This document shows, piece after piece, positions 30,758-50,055 of a DNA stretch of 64,000 nucleotides. The notes below the pieces were generated by a model. That model was not told the origin of the DNA and ran no database searches. It was given only the letters and a program-made list of their open reading frames with translations. The stretch lies in NCBI RefSeq assembly GCF_009914755.1, contig NC_060930.1; one strand, 5' to 3'. Origin of the DNA: the human T2T-CHM13v2.0 reference genome, Homo sapiens. Position 1 is the first letter of the stretch. Each line of letters begins with the position of its first letter. Position numbers and translations under genes: made by a program.

Positions 30758-31189
30758 GGCCGGCTCATCCCCGCGGCCGCGCCGCCGCAGCCCGGGACCG
30801 GCTCTCTCCCGCGTCGTTTGCGCAGCCGGCGAATCGCACAGACAAACGTCTACACCCTGCCAGAGCACGGAACCGCTCCGCGGGGGAGTCTCCTTTCTCC
30901 CTAGCTCTCCGTTGGGAATGAAATAATCCCGCGGCCGCCAGGAGGCCGGCTAAGGATGCGGCCCGGAGCGCGCCGGACTGGGATCCCGAGCTGCAGCGCG
31001 GCAGCGGCGGCCACGACCCGGCGCCAGCCTCCTCATTCTGCTGCCATGTTCGCTCGCCTCGCGGCTCGGGCGGCCTCGGCCCCAGGCCGGCTCAGGCTCT
31101 GGGATCCCGCGGGGACGAGGGCGGAGTTGGCGAGTTTGGCTGTCAGCGGCCGGTGTTCCTGCACCGCCCTCGCTGCAGCGCCGCGCGCC

Positions 31190-31225
31190 ATTGGCCGCCG
31201 CGCGCCGCCCCCGCCCCCGCCGCCG
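31190..31225 (-). promoter_or_regulatory. CCAAT box plus tandem GC boxes (NF-Y/Sp-KLF), proximal promoter; TSS inferred near 31100
   Basis: ATTGG at 31190-31194 (CCAAT on minus) next to GCCCCGCCCCCGCC at 31206-31220. Confidence 0.55.
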
Positions 31226-33219
31226 CCAGCTCCGGGTGCGCGCTGCGCCCGGGCCCCGGGAGCCCAGCCCGGCTCCTCCCCGGCCCCGCCCAGGCCGCCT
31301 CGCCCGCCTCCTGCCCCTCCGCTTGTTCCCTTTCTTTGCCCTCACCATCTCCTTCTCTTCCCTGCTTCACTCCAAACCCCGCCCCAACCAAGCAAATACA
31401 TCTATCTAGGCAGGACGCGCCCTAATAGGTTAGTCGCCTGTCCCTTGGAAGAGAGCAGTGGGCGCCTTGGCCTGGGGTAGGTGAGGGGACCCGGCGAGGT
31501 GCGAACAGCCGGTAATAATAACCTCGGCTCCCGGAGCGTTTCTTGCGTGCTGAGCATCATACTAACGCCTTTCCAGGTATTGTCCCTTTTAGTCCTCGCA
31601 GCAACCTAAGGTTATTGTAAACCCATTTTACCAGTGATGTGAATGAGCCGCAATGAAGGCTAAGGGACTTGCGCAAGGTGACATATATAAGCAACAGGCC
31701 TGCGATTGGAATCCAGGCCCCAGAGTCTGGGCACGGAACCGCAGACTTCTACGGTCTCCTTCCAAGCTAGCCTGCTCCAATCGCGCGCCCCCGCTCCGGC
31801 CGCGCACGCACGGTTCAGCCGCCTTCTTCCAAGACAGTCCAGTCTTGGCGGGCTCCCATCTGCCTCCCACCTCCCCCGCCCCTAGGCCCATGCCCGCCCC
31901 CGCGTAGACGCTGTGGTGTGTACGGCCGCAGCGGGGCAGGGGGTCTCCGAGGCCGCTGCGGCACGTGCGTCTCGTGTCTAGTTTCGAGACGGATACGTCG
32001 CCCTGGCCACATGCCACGCCCGCCTCTTGCTTCGGCTCCTGTTGCCGTCGCCACTTACCGCAGCCTTTACTTCTCCCAGCTTGCCCCCACCTCCACCACC
32101 CTGCACCCTTCCCAGGCCCTCGAGGGGGCACTGAGGAGGACTGGCCAAGGCTGGCCCCGCACCTCTGGAGCCATGGGGACTCTGCGTCTGTCTGGTTTTC
32201 CGCCATATCCTTGGCACCTGGCACACTGCCTTGCCCTGTATGTAGTAGGCGCTCAATAAACATTTGCTAAATAAATGTATGCATATTCATCGAATGCCCG
32301 CTTCGCACCCATTTGGTGCCGGGAGAGGGGACTAAAAAGTGAAAGGCACGTCTTCTAGCTGAAGGTCTCTGGAGAGGTCATGGGTCAGGTCATGTTCATC
32401 TCCTGTCTTCAGCACTGGGCTCAATGTAGCACATGGTCTGCCGCAACACGAGTGGAAAACGTGATACTTGCAAGAGTTTAAAACAACTTGTAACAACTGG
32501 CAGTGAGGCGGGGCGCGTGGAGAGAGCAGGATACCAAAAAAGCTGTGTGTGGCAATGCGGGGTGGAGGCTGACCTAGGGCATTAGAAGAAAGGCACAAAG
32601 GACACAGTGCTGGGTGGCTGGCAGCAGCCTGGGGAGGACTGAGAGACAAAGAGGGGTGTTGCCCTCAATACTAACAGGCTTCTTTTGAGCAGGGGTTTTG
32701 TAAGAACCAAGGCAGGAACGCCTATCTGGGCACAGGGGCAGGCAGTGGTGTCAGACCCAAGGGGCTGGATACATCACAGGCTTGTCACATGTCAGAGATG
32801 GCCAGGCTTTCAGGGAGCAGAGGATGTGCAGTAGTGGTCGGAGCACAGCTAGAGCCACTGGCGTTGACTTCTGGCTCTGCCATTTACTAGCTGTGGGACC
32901 TTGAGCAAATCACTTCTCTGCGGCATAGTTTCATCTATAAAATGGGTGGGTAATAATGGTATATACCACAAGGGGTTTTACAGGATCGTATTCACTAATA
33001 CTTACAAAGTCCTGAGAATAAGGCATGGTGCATAGTAAGTTCTATATAAATGTTAAATAAATAAATATAGAGAATGGGTCTGTTACCAATGTCATTTCTT
33101 GATGAGAGAGACCATTGTACAGTGAAGCAATATCTAAGTAATAAGATGGAGTTTTGTTTGTGTTCTTTTAAAAAGAACTCTACCCCTAGCTTGAGTGTGA
33201 ATAAAAAATGGACCTTCTA

Positions 33220-33515
33220 AGCCTGCTGTGGTGGCTCACACCTATAATCCCACTGACTGGGGAGGCCTAACCAGGGGTATCGCTTAAGCCGGAAGTTCTA
33301 GACCAGCTTGGGCGACGTAGCAAGACCTCATTTCCTAAAAAATTTAAAAATTAGCTGGACATGGTGGTGTGTTGTGTGTCTGTAGTCCCAGCTACTTGGG
33401 AGACTGAGGTGGGATTGAGCCCAGGAGTTCAAGGCTGCAGTGGGCCTAGCCTTGATCATGCCACTGCACTCCAGCCTGGGTGACAGAGGGAGACCTTTTC
33501 TCTAAAAAAGAAAAG
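33220..33515 (+). mobile_element. AluJ
   Basis: Diverged Alu with J diagnostics (TTGAGCCCAGGAGTTCAAGGCTGCAGT). Confidence 0.85.
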
Positions 33516-33599
33516 AGACCTTCTATCTATATAACATCAAAGAAAATGATCACATTTTATTCTCATTAAAATTTATAAATAAACATTATCTCCATTTCA

Positions 33600-34530
33600 T
33601 AGAAGGCAAAACTATGTCCTGCTAGCAAGTCCAACTTAAAGGTTTAAAACAGAATACTTCATTTCCAACCTTACTCTCAAGCCATTCCTCCTTCATCAAT
33701 AAATAAAATCACCAGTTCACCAGTTGGCCAAAAGCCATGGAGTCATCTGGTCCTCATATCCTTTATAGCCAACCATCAGCAAATCCTGTCTGCTCCACTT
33801 GCAGAATGCATCCAGAGTCTGCCCACCTCTCCCTGCCATGGTTGGGGAGTCAAAGTCACCATCATCACTATCAGGACCACTGTCCTTACTGGTCTACCTG
33901 CTTCCAGTGATGCCGCTCGTAGTCCATAGATCCCATAAAAGATAAGTTGAATCATCACCCGTCATGCTTGGCACCTGCCAGTGAATACCCTTCACACTTC
34001 AAATCAACTCCAAAGGCCTCAGCATGCCTGAAAGACTCTACCTGGCCTAACCCATAGGCCTATTGCATACCTCCCCATACCCTGCATTCCAGCACTCTGG
34101 CCTCTTTGCTGTGCTCTTTACAGGCTGAGTTTGTTCTTGCCCCAGGGCCTTTGCACTTGCTGTTTCATTTGCCTGACACCCCATTCCCCCCACCCCAACA
34201 CACACACACATACACACACAAATCCACGGGGCTCTCTGCTCACTTTGCTCAAGCCTCTGCTCAGACTGCCTGGCCTGACCATCTCATCTAAAATGACAAC
34301 TCTGTCATATTTCATCCCTTTGTCCAGCTTTATTTTTCTTTATACCTCCTGTCACTGCCTCACATTATATTATATGCCTGCCTATCTGTTTATCATTCAT
34401 TTGCCTTGACAGGTTACAAATTCACTGAGATAAGAAGTTTGGGTGTCTCATTCACTTCTGAATCCCCAACACCTAAAATTGTACCTGGCACCTGCTAGAT
34501 ATTCAGTACCCATTTGTTGAATGAATGCTT
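33600..34530 (+). mobile_element. L2 3' region
   Basis: CCAGGGCCTTTGCACTTGCTGTT, ending ATTTGTTGAATGAATG. Confidence 0.75.
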
Positions 34531-35436
34531 GCACATTCCTCTAACAATCATGTGTTGTTATAAGTTAATATTTATAAAGTCATCAGAACCGTGCCAAGTG
34601 CCGTGTGCAAGAATGGCACATGCAATGGAGATGCACAGTGGAGTAGGACAGAGCCCCTGCCCCCAGGTTGCTTACGCCTGGTAGCCCATTGATTGATGAC
34701 ATGAATTGGCCATGGCAACACAACATGACGCACCCATAAGACTGGTCTGCATGGGTTGATTCGAGAGCAGAGGAGGGTTCTGAAATCTGAATGGGAAGAC
34801 TGTGAAGACATGCACTGAGAGAAGTGGGCTGGGCCCAGGTTTTGAAAGACTTCCTGGAGTTAGCCAGAAGAAAGAGAGGAGAATAGTCTCGACAGAGAAA
34901 AGCTATGAACAGGCTAACTCAAGGTGGAAAGCTGTATGCGGAGGCCAGAACATGGTGGGGAGAATGAATAATTAGATTGGTGTTTTAGAGCCATTACTCA
35001 ACTTCCAGTACAGAGGGTGTCTCATGAGGGGCCACTGGACCCAGCCCTTCAGGGAGCCCACTGCAGTGACCCCAGAGTGAGGGAAAGAGGACTAAGAAAG
35101 GTGGCAGTTATGGGAATGAAGATACCAGCACAGAGATATCATGAGATAACAAAGAGATGAAGTCTCCTGGGCCTGGCAGCTAATTGGACATGGGAGGAGA
35201 GTAAAAAAATGTTGGCGTCATTTCTCAGCTTGAGGCTAGTGGAGAAGCTAGGCGTGCACTTGTGTCCTCACTAGTTAGGCAGGTCTTGCTTCATCCATCC
35301 TGGGCATGGGAGGATAACTCTGAGCATGCATCTATTCTGAGGTTCTGATGATAAAGACCTTTGCACACACAGTGCCTGTGCACATGGTCCCCACAGACGA
35401 GTCTTATTCTTCAAGTTCTTCATGTGAAACCCTCTT

Positions 35437-35756
<320 letters not shown>

Positions 35757-36792
35757 CATGTGAAACCCTCTTAAACCGTGGATCCTGAATCCCAACCTGT
35801 AACACAACCTGAGGTTCTGACATTTTAAAACAGTTCTGAAAATAAGCCTAAAATTTTCTTTCCCTCCATCCATGATTTAGCTGCCAGCCTCTACTTTTTG
35901 CATTTGTGTGAAGATTTTAGGCCCAGTTGAATGTCACTGAAAATAAATGTCCAGCCTGGGCAACATAAAAAGATCCTGTCTTTACAAAAACTTTTTTCAA
36001 ATTAGCCAGGAATGGTGTGCGTGCCTGTAGCCCCAGCTACTTGAGAGGCTGAGGGAGAAGGATTGCATAATCCCGGGAGTTGAAAGTTGCAGGAGCTATG
36101 ATTGACTGCACTCCAGCTTGGGAGACAGAGCAAGACCCTGTCTCAAATGATAATAATAGTAATAATAAAATGAAATAAAATAAATGAAATAATTGAATTC
36201 CTATCTCTAAGATGATGATAAAATGGAATTTCTTCTCATATTAATTTAGTTTAATGATAATTTAAGGTATTTTTCACTGTAAGAGTCATTTGTACGTATT
36301 ACAGACATTTTAGAAAATAAGACGAAGTCAGCCTTAATCATTCTATCCTTACACAGCCACTGTAAATAGTTTGGTTTACTTGCTTCCACAATATTGGAAA
36401 TATGTTACTATTTTAATGAAATAGAAAAGTTTTGCTCTTTAATTAGATTTGTTTATTGTTCTTTATGACACAAAGTAGAAACAGGCTTTGATTCTTTTTA
36501 GTTGACTGTCCATAGATGCCCAGTGTTCCTATAAATCTTAATGTCTGTGGAATGAAATACTTTTGCTTTTTGTGGAATTATAGCTTTGCCAGGTTCAAAA
36601 ACTTGAATAGTAAAGGTCTATAAACAGTCTAATATTCCTAGCACTGAGATATGCTCCAGAACTAGTTTTCATTAGGAGAGTTTTAAAAGCATCCATTCAT
36701 CATTATACATTCAACTCTTTGTTCTTTTTGTTGTTAATAATAGGTGCCACTTACTAAGTGTTCATTATACGTGATGCACTAAGCTAAGCACT

Positions 36793-36938
<146 letters not shown>

Positions 36939-38005
36939 TAAGCACTTTGCATATATTTACATTTAGCTCTTTCAGGAAGATACAATTATCCCCATTATTA
37001 CAAAAGAAACTGATAGATTTTTTAAAGTTAAGTAATTTTCCTGAGATCATAAAGGCAAGCATTTGAACTAAATCACCTAATTTCAAAATCAGAGTATGTG
37101 ACCACTGAGCATGCTGCCCTTGAACTTACATTGTGGTATAATAGGGTACCACAGCCCCTATTTTCCCCTGCAAGCACTTGGTCCCTGTAGGGAAGGGAAG
37201 CACACTTAATTCCCCTTCTAACACAGGTCAACAGGCTCCCTAAGCAGGGGGTTACTAGAGCTGCAGTCCAGGTCAGGAAAAGCAACACTGTGTTTGTGGT
37301 GCGGCTCCTCGGGGACAGAGGCATGGAACGGTATTGGCCACCATAACTCTGCCTTGGACTACCGCAGTAGCCTTCTAACAGGACTCACTGTCACTCTCTT
37401 GCCTTCTGCAATCCATAGGTAATCAGAGAGCTTTCAAAAGCATCACTCATGAAACTGACTTGTTTAGAGCCCTCCCCTGCTCCCTGCGCTGCACTGACAA
37501 TGCCATCTATACCCCTCAGCATGACCCAGGTGGCTCTGTTCTCTGCACTTCTAGTGCCACCCACTCTTGACCTGATGCCCCTTCTGCCTCAGTCACACTC
37601 ACCTCCCCTTGGTTCCTTGGTCTTGCCTGGATCTTTCCTGTCTCAGGACACTTGGACTTTCTGTTTTCTCATCTGGGAAGTGCTCTTCCCTCAGCCCTTC
37701 ATTCTCCTGGCTGGAGAGGCCATTGGGGCTCAATTCACATGTTGCATCCTTCCCACCCTATTGAGGTAGCCATCCTTCCCAAACCCCTGCTGTTGCTCTC
37801 CAACAACACCCCGTTTAATTCCATTCACAGCACTTACCACAGTCTGCTTTGAGTTCACTTCCTTGGCCCCTGGCTGGAATGTAGGAATGTAAGCCTACTG
37901 GGGCAAGGGATATTATTGGTTTATTTACTGCTATATCCCAGGGCCTAAAACAGTACTTGGTACCTCACTAATACATAATAAATACTTGTTGAATGAACAA
38001 ATTAG

Positions 38006-38307
<302 letters not shown>

Positions 38308-41300
38308 ATGAAAACATTTTCTAACGTCATGTAATAGCATGACAAAATGCTTATAGCGTGACGTTGGGTTTACAATGCCAGTCAGTATTGTATGTATAAT
38401 ATGATCACAACTACATATTTTTGTCTTTGTGTTATGATAAAATATACGTATGTATATGATAAAATATAGAAAAGCTACCATCTTAATTATTTTAACTCCA
38501 CAGTGACATTAAGTAATTCACATTTTTGTGCCTACAACTATAAATTTTTAAGAATAAATAGCCTAGAAAATGAAAAGTAATACACCTTTGCCTGCATTTC
38601 TGGTTTTTCCATTTTTTTTTCTTACAGTCACAATAAGGAAAAGAAACCATTTAAATGTGTAAGTGAACTAACAGTTCTGGTCAGATGCTTCAGTATCTCT
38701 TTCCTCTTCCATTCTGAGTACATGAACTTGTCAAGACCTAAAAGTGTCTAGCTAGTCACTAGTCCTCTGAAATGCCCAAAATAATAGTTGACTCAAGTAG
38801 GTTATACTGCAACACGTTGCTTATCTGTATCACCCACCAGGCCAAGAGAAGCCTAGACACTCTTTGACTTACCACCAGCCAATCCATGGCTCTTGGAGAG
38901 CGGGAATGCCCTTACATCAATGCATAGGAGTTTAGGCATCACAGAAGCTTCTGAGCAAAATACAGAACTTTTCTTTTTGGTGTGTGAAGGTCTCAGGGTG
39001 CTTGGCCTCTTCATGCACACAGCTTCTCTGGGGTAATGCTGTTCAGTGTACGTTTCTGCTGCCTCTGTCAGCCTATTAAGGTGTGTAGGGCAGATGATAT
39101 AATTGCGCTATAAATAAACAGACAGCAAGGATGGTGCCCTTTCCAGGCAGATCAATAAGCACATAGGAAAACTATTTAGCGTCCCAAGTCATTAACATGC
39201 TGCTTATACACACAGATTTAGTGCACCAGAAAAATAACCTTTATAACAGTCTGGCAGAAAGTAAATAAATACTATTTAAATTTTTAATTTCCAGTTGAGA
39301 GAGGAGAATGACATGGCATCTGCAATTCAAATTAAGAGTACTATTTTAGGCCCTTCGTTTCTGGTTTAAAGAGTAGATATATAAAACAATACATGCTCCA
39401 TTTCAAACATCTCACCTATTTATTAATAGATGCAACATGCAGAATCCAAGATAGATCACTTGACCTGGAAGTATCTAGGCAGTAACACCATACGTAGGCT
39501 GTGGCCTTGTAATTATAAGGTCCAAAAGAAAGCCACTCAAAAGGCTGAGAGACACTGGGTTTGTTTTTAGATAGAAGTAACCAGGGCCAAAGTGCAGCCT
39601 GGGAGAAGGATGGCAGAGAGAACACATCACACAACTCAGCAAAAAAGGTGTAGAAGGAAACGAAGACTATTCATTTCTTCAACCAGAGATTATAGAAAAA
39701 ATATTTAACAACTGGTATGCTATGGGCACCGACCAATCAGAGCAAATATGTATATTTCTGGAGCAGAGTCCTGGAGGTTCCTTGCTAGACCAAGCCTCAA
39801 CACTTTCATTCACTAGATCACAGTAAGGTTTGGGGGATCTTGGGAAGAGGTCAAGGCAGTGGGTGGCAAAGTGGTACTAAAAGCTCAGGGCAGCAGCTGA
39901 ATATTTCACCAAGCAGCACAATCATACCTGGTACTTGTATACCAGCTGACCAGCAGCCCTACCTTCTTTCCACTTCTGTTCATTTACTGCCTGCTGTGTT
40001 TGAGTCCTGGAGATGCTCACTGAGAATACAGAGCTAAAAGCTCCATCCTTAAGCTTTCCCTTAAGGAACTCATGGCTTTGTGCATCAAACAAGCAAACAG
40101 ATAACTGCAATATAGTGTGTGAGAAGTGCAATCACAGAGGTAAGCTACAGTTCTATGGGAGCCTCCTCTCTGTTTCTCTTTCACACACCCCCCCCCCCCC
40201 ACACACACACACACAGCAAACCATTAGCTTTCTTGGTTTCCCAGGATATTATTCAAGTTCTGCTTCTGCAATCCTTCTTCCCTTTCTGATAAGACTAGAT
40301 TCCTGAGATGTAGACTCTTTCTCTTCCTCTTTTCCAAACAATAAATTTACATTATATTTAGAAACAATAATAGATATTTAGAAAAAAAATCTTTACCCAA
40401 CAAAGAATACACATTTTTTATAAACCCACCCAGAACATTTACACACTTGACAATTTATTGGGCCACAAAGGAAATCACAACAAATTCCAAAGGAATGAGG
40501 TCATTAGGTCGTCCTTCACCACAGGGCACTGAAAATAAAAACCAACAGTAGGAAAGTATCCCCTCACCCCATAAATTTGACAATTAAAAATATTATTCTA
40601 AGCAATTTCTGGATTAGAAAATAAACCATGATGAAAATGGAAAATATTTAGAAATGAAACACAATAAAAGCACCCATATAAAAACATATGAGGTACAGCT
40701 AAAATTGTACCCAAGTAGAAATTTGGAGCTTAAATTCATTTTTTTGGATAACAAAAAAGATTTGAAATTTAAGGAATTAAGCATTCAACTTAATGATCTA
40801 GAAAGAAACAATAATAAACACTCTAGAAAAAAAAAACTAGAAGAAAAGAGAAATAAATATAAAAGCATAAAAAGAATCTAAAACCAAGAATATAAATATT
40901 ATTAATAAACCAAAAGGTTGTTAATAAAAAGACTAATAAAATAGATAAATTTCTGGAAAGAACAATTAGAAAAAAGAGAAAAGGCTAAAACAATATTTGG
41001 GATAAAAATACTATAAATAAATCTTTGCCTATAATTTTGAAAAATTTCCTGAAATGGACAACTTTATAGAAATTATAAAATTGACTCAAAAGGAAATAGA
41101 AAATCTTAATATGCCAATAACTATTAAAATAATTGAATGGCTAGTCAAATATCTCTCCTCAAGAAAGGCAGTATGTTCTGACAACTTTACAGGCAGGTTT
41201 AACCAAACTTTCAAAGAACAGACAATTTTATTTTAGGCAAGCAGTTCCAGATAATAGAACAAAAGGGAAAAGCTATCTAACTCATTTTTTGAGGTTACTA

Positions 41301-41341
41301 TAGACATAAAAGTATGTATTTTTTAACAAAAACAACAAAAC

Positions 41342-41662
<321 letters not shown>

Positions 41663-42097
41663 TTATGAATATAAAGAATTCTAAATAAAAACCTTACAAA
41701 TCTGATTTAGCAGTATATAAAAGTAATCATAACTCAGTGGGGTTTATCCTGTAAAAATATCCATGACTCAACATTAGAAACCTGTATTAAGTTACTTTAA
41801 AATATGAAGATATTAAAGGGAGGACAGCCATAAATTGATGGCAATAAAATTCAACACCCATTTATTTAAAAAATAGTAAAACTTTTAGCAAACTTGGAAT
41901 AGATGGAGATTTTAACTTGATAAAGATTTTTTTTGAACCTGTAATAATGTCATAATAACTGATGAAACTTCAAACACATTTCTACTTAAGCCAGTGTACT
42001 CATTATCATTCCTACTACCTGATATCACACTGGAGGTTCTTCCCAATGAAAAGGGACAAGAAAAGAAAAGGCAAAAGAATCACGGAGGAAAAGATAA

Positions 42098-42375
<278 letters not shown>

Positions 42376-43047
42376 ATATGGCCATTATTTTCAGATTGTC
42401 TACTTGAAACCCAAGAGAATCTTCAGGCAAACTATTAGAGGATTCAGCAAAGTTTCTGGATACAAGATCAACACATAAAAATCAATAGCATTCCTTGATA
42501 CCAATTAGAAAACATAGTAAAGAAAATATTCTCATTCACAATAGCAACAGAAATGATATTGATCCTGAGAATAAGTTAAGCAAATTACATTCAGGGCTTT
42601 ATAGGGAAAATATCAAAAGTTGCTGAAAAAGGAAAAAGAAAAGCTGAATACATGAATAAAAAGAAAGATTTAATACTCTTTCCCCAGATGAGTCAATAGT
42701 TCAATAAAGGTAATTTGGAAAAAGAAGTACAAGGATGGGAAAAGAGCTGTTTCAATTATCTATTGGTATATAACAAACCTCCCACAACTTAATGGCTTGA
42801 AGCAACCATCATGATTCTGCAGTCTGGAATGGGCTCAGCTTTGCAGTGCTGTTGTGCTTGCAGGCGGTCACTCAGGTGGCCCCATTTAGCTGGGGACCAG
42901 TCAGCTGGGTTGCTAAGATGGGGGCGCTCCTCTCTTTGCCTAGGAAGTCTCAGGGCCTGTGGGCTCTTCCTGTAGGTCTCTCCAGCAGGGTAGCCAGACT
43001 GCTCACACGCTGGCTCAGGACTCCAAGAATGCTAGGCCCTGCCTAAG

Positions 43048-43393
<346 letters not shown>

Positions 43394-43799
43394 CTTGCCT
43401 AAGGTTTAGATCAGGAACTGACATAGTATTACTTCTAGTTCATGCTAAGATTAAAACAAGTCACAAGGCCAACCTAGATTTGAGGGGAGGGGACTACACA
43501 AGCGTTTGTATACAGGAGGTGTGTTCATCATTGAATCTGCCACCAGGGGCCTATCACCCACCAAGATTTGTAAAGTTACAGTATAGTGTTTGTAAAGTTA
43601 CATTGTAGTAAAGTTACATTGTAGTGTTGGTGCAAGACTAGATAAATCAGTCAATGGATCAGCATAGAGACCCCCGAAACATGTCTGCATATGTGGAAAC
43701 TTGATGAAAGAAGTGTCATTATACATCAGTAAGGAAAGGATAGACTTTTAAAAGTAGGGGTGGGACAAATGATACTTTGTACCTATGATGCATTTCGAC

Positions 43800-44960
<1,161 letters not shown>

Positions 44961-45163
44961 ATGCCTTATCCCTAAAACAAAGTAAAATTGGATCACACCT
45001 TACACAAAAAACTTTAGAACTTCTTAGAAAATAAAACGAGAATATCTGTGATTGTAGAAAATGTTTCTTAAATCAGACACATATCCACATACACGTAGAC
45101 ACATGCAATAAAGAAAAAGACACGATGACCAAGGTTAAAAGATGAATGACAAAGAAGGTGAAG

Positions 45164-47053
<1,890 letters not shown>

Positions 47054-49258
47054 TGTATATATACATTATATATACTAATGTGCAACATATATACATTAGT
47101 ATATATAAAACCAGAGTAAAAGAATATACTGCAGTTATAGATGTATATGTTAGTAGTATATATGTAGCACATATTAGTAGTATTATATATGTAGTATACA
47201 TTAGTATATATAATGTATACATGTTGCACATTAGTATAGACAATTACATGTACAATATACATTAGTATATATAATGTATATATGTTATATTTGTTCTATT
47301 TGTTTTTTCCCTCTGTGAAACACTGACCAATCTCAGTGTATGTCCTCTGTACATACACTAAACACCCAGTAGCAGTTGGTTCTTCAGATACGAAAGGGGA
47401 ATGGGAACGGCTACTTAAACTTCAATATTTCATTTCTATTATTTAAAAAGGCTGAAACAAACATAACAAAGTGCTAATGATAATCATTTCTGGGTTGTGG
47501 ATTGACAGCTGTTGTTATATCATTCTTCATACTTTGCTCTATTTTTGAAATTTCTCCAAAAAGGAATAAACTGCCCTCTATACAAAATTCAGAAAGTAAA
47601 GTATAAATTACTTTTACAGAAAGTAAAAATTACTCAAGATTCCACAATTGTTGACATTTTGGCGTATATATTTCTAGACCTTTTCTTTACATATACATAG
47701 GGCATACCTGCATGTATATATACTCCCTCCACCTTATAAAAATAGCTGTTTTATAGCCTGCTTTTATCAATCAAGACTCTTAACAAGGCCAGGCATGGTG
47801 GCTCATGCCTGCAATCCCAACACTTTGGGAGGCCGAGATGGGAGGATTGCTTGAGCCCAGGAGTTCAAGACTAGCCTGGACAACATGGAGAAACCGTGTC
47901 TCTAAAAAATAATAATAATTTTAAAATAATAATTTTTAAAAAGTCTTAACAGACATCTTTCCACATCAATATTTTGAAACACTGAATAATGTTTTTCAGA
48001 GAATGGTTGAATTCTAATTTATTTAACCAATCTCTTATTTATAGCTATTTTAGTTGTTTATAGATTTGTTTGTTGGGTTTTTCTTTAACAAATATTATTG
48101 CAATGAAAATCCTCAAATATACACATTTTTATCTTTTTATTTCCTTAAGCATAGATTCCTAAAGTGAAATTACTTAATCAAAGAATAGCTATATTTTAAT
48201 CCCTTTTGAAACACACTGGCAAGCTACCCTCCCTTCCAGACAGGTTGTCCCAATTTATACTTTCCCACACCCTCGCCAACACCCAAAGCTAGACTTTTCA
48301 ACACTATCTGGACCGACATCTCTGTGGCTTTTGTATTATCTCCAGGAAGCATCTAACTTCCTGGAATTCTTAATAAAATCTCAAATCTTTAACCAATAAC
48401 ATAGTTTTTGTTTGTACCAACACCAACCTGAAAAATCTTTAAAATACTAATTTATATTTTTAATATACATATGTCTCAAGAATGGATGGATGTGTATTGA
48501 GTAAATGTGTACTGAGTTAATTATATGTGTTCTCAGTGGTCCTAAGGTCCCATTTCTCCTTAGCCTATTGGAATTTCCTCTTGTTTAGGAGGAACATATT
48601 TTCATTTCAATCACTCTTGGAAGGCACCCAGAATTGCTAACCAAATTCTGGCTCCCTTTGAAATGAGGCCTGTATTTGTGGAGGTCACGGGACATACAGG
48701 TGTTCACATCATCCTCTGTGTAAGTTACCTGGCCTGGCTCCTGCCAGGGCTGTGCGCCAGTGACCACTGAGCCCCCAGACTAAAGGCAGGAGCTTGCCCC
48801 AGGAGTGGCGTTCCATGTTATTTATTCAAGGGACTCCGGATTTAGAAGCACTGGTTTCATTTGTAATTAGTTGGCCCTTCAACTGCTCAGAATCTCTTCC
48901 TTCTCTGGATAAGTTTTGCTCTCAATTTTCAACTTGTGAAGGATTCTGTTCAGACTGAGTGTCAAGCAGGTGACCTGTCTCTTCTTGCCCAGGTTGCAGA
49001 AACACAACGAGGCCGCGGTTTTATTGTATAAGGGTCAGTAGAATAGTTCAGAGTAGCAGGGAAAAAACACTCACTAGAATGAAACCGGGCACAAAGTCGA
49101 ACGGTAATCACAGCATCTATTTAGAATGCTCAGTAGAGGTAAGAGTGTAGGACTTTTACTGGCAACTTCCGAGACAGTGACTTGGAAGCCAAGCTTTGGA
49201 AACAGAAGCACAGAGTAGAGCCCTGGGATGGAAGAGTGACACCAAAGAGACAGGCTTC

Positions 49259-49610
49259 TCATAAAAAAGAACGAGATGGTGTCCTCTGCTGGGACATGGA
49301 TGGAGCTGGAGACCATTATCCTTAGCAAACTAGTGCAGGAACAGAAAACTGAATACTGCACGTTCTCACGTGTAAGTGGGAGGAAATGATGAGAACACAT
49401 GGACACATAGAGGGGAACAACACACACTGGGGCCCTTTGGAGGACGAAGGGTGGGAAGAGGGAGAGGATCAAGAAAAACAACTAGTGGGTACTTGGCTTA
49501 ATACCTGGGTGATGAAATAATCTGTACAACAAACCCCCATGACACAAGTTTACCTATGTAACAAACCTGCACTTGTACCCTGAACTTAAAAGTTAGAAAG
49601 AAAAAAAAGG
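49259..49610 (+). mobile_element. L1PA 3' end fragment
   Basis: ACATGGATGGAGCTGGAG...GTTTACCTATGTAACAAACCTGCAC, A-rich tail. Confidence 0.9.
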
Positions 49611-49729
49611 AGAGGTTTCTAAAGGCAGGGACACCAAGTATGAGTGGGTGGCAGATGACGAGGGCTGAGAAACCCTGCGCTGTGACCTTAACCTGTTAGA
49701 ACATATATATTATATATATATATATATAA

Positions 49730-50055
49730 CCTGGTCTTACCCTGTTGCCAGGCTGGAGTGAGTGCCATGGCACAATCATAGCTCTCTGCAGCCTCAAACT
49801 CCGGAACTCAAGTGACCCTCCCACTTCAGCCTCCCAAGTAGCAGGGACTACAGGCCCACACAACCACATCTGGCTAAGTTTTTGTTGTTGTTGTATTTTG
49901 GAGGTTTTTTTTTCAGTTGCTTTCTCTGAACTTTTTGTAGAGACAGGGTCTTGCTATGTTGCCCAGGCTGGTCTCAAACTCCTGGCCTCACGTAATCCTT
50001 CCACCTTTGCCTCCCAAAGCCCTGGGATTACAGGCATGAGCCCTCAAGCCTGGCC
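49730..50055 (-). mobile_element. AluJ preceded by (TA)n
   Basis: J diagnostics (GCAGCCTCAAACTCC, GGGTCTTGCTATGTTGCCC). Confidence 0.85.

Larger units (their letters stand above)
29600..32200. promoter_or_regulatory. GFOD1: CpG island / GFOD1 promoter, 5' UTR and start of intron 1
   Basis: Very high GC and CpG density relative to flanks; overlaps exon 1. Confidence 0.93.

Noticed and set aside
30502-32270. Long Arg/Pro/Gly-rich ORFs in all frames (e.g. 30956-31480, 31628-32263)
   Set aside because: Expected from stop-codon scarcity in a GC-rich CpG island; low complexity and no domain.
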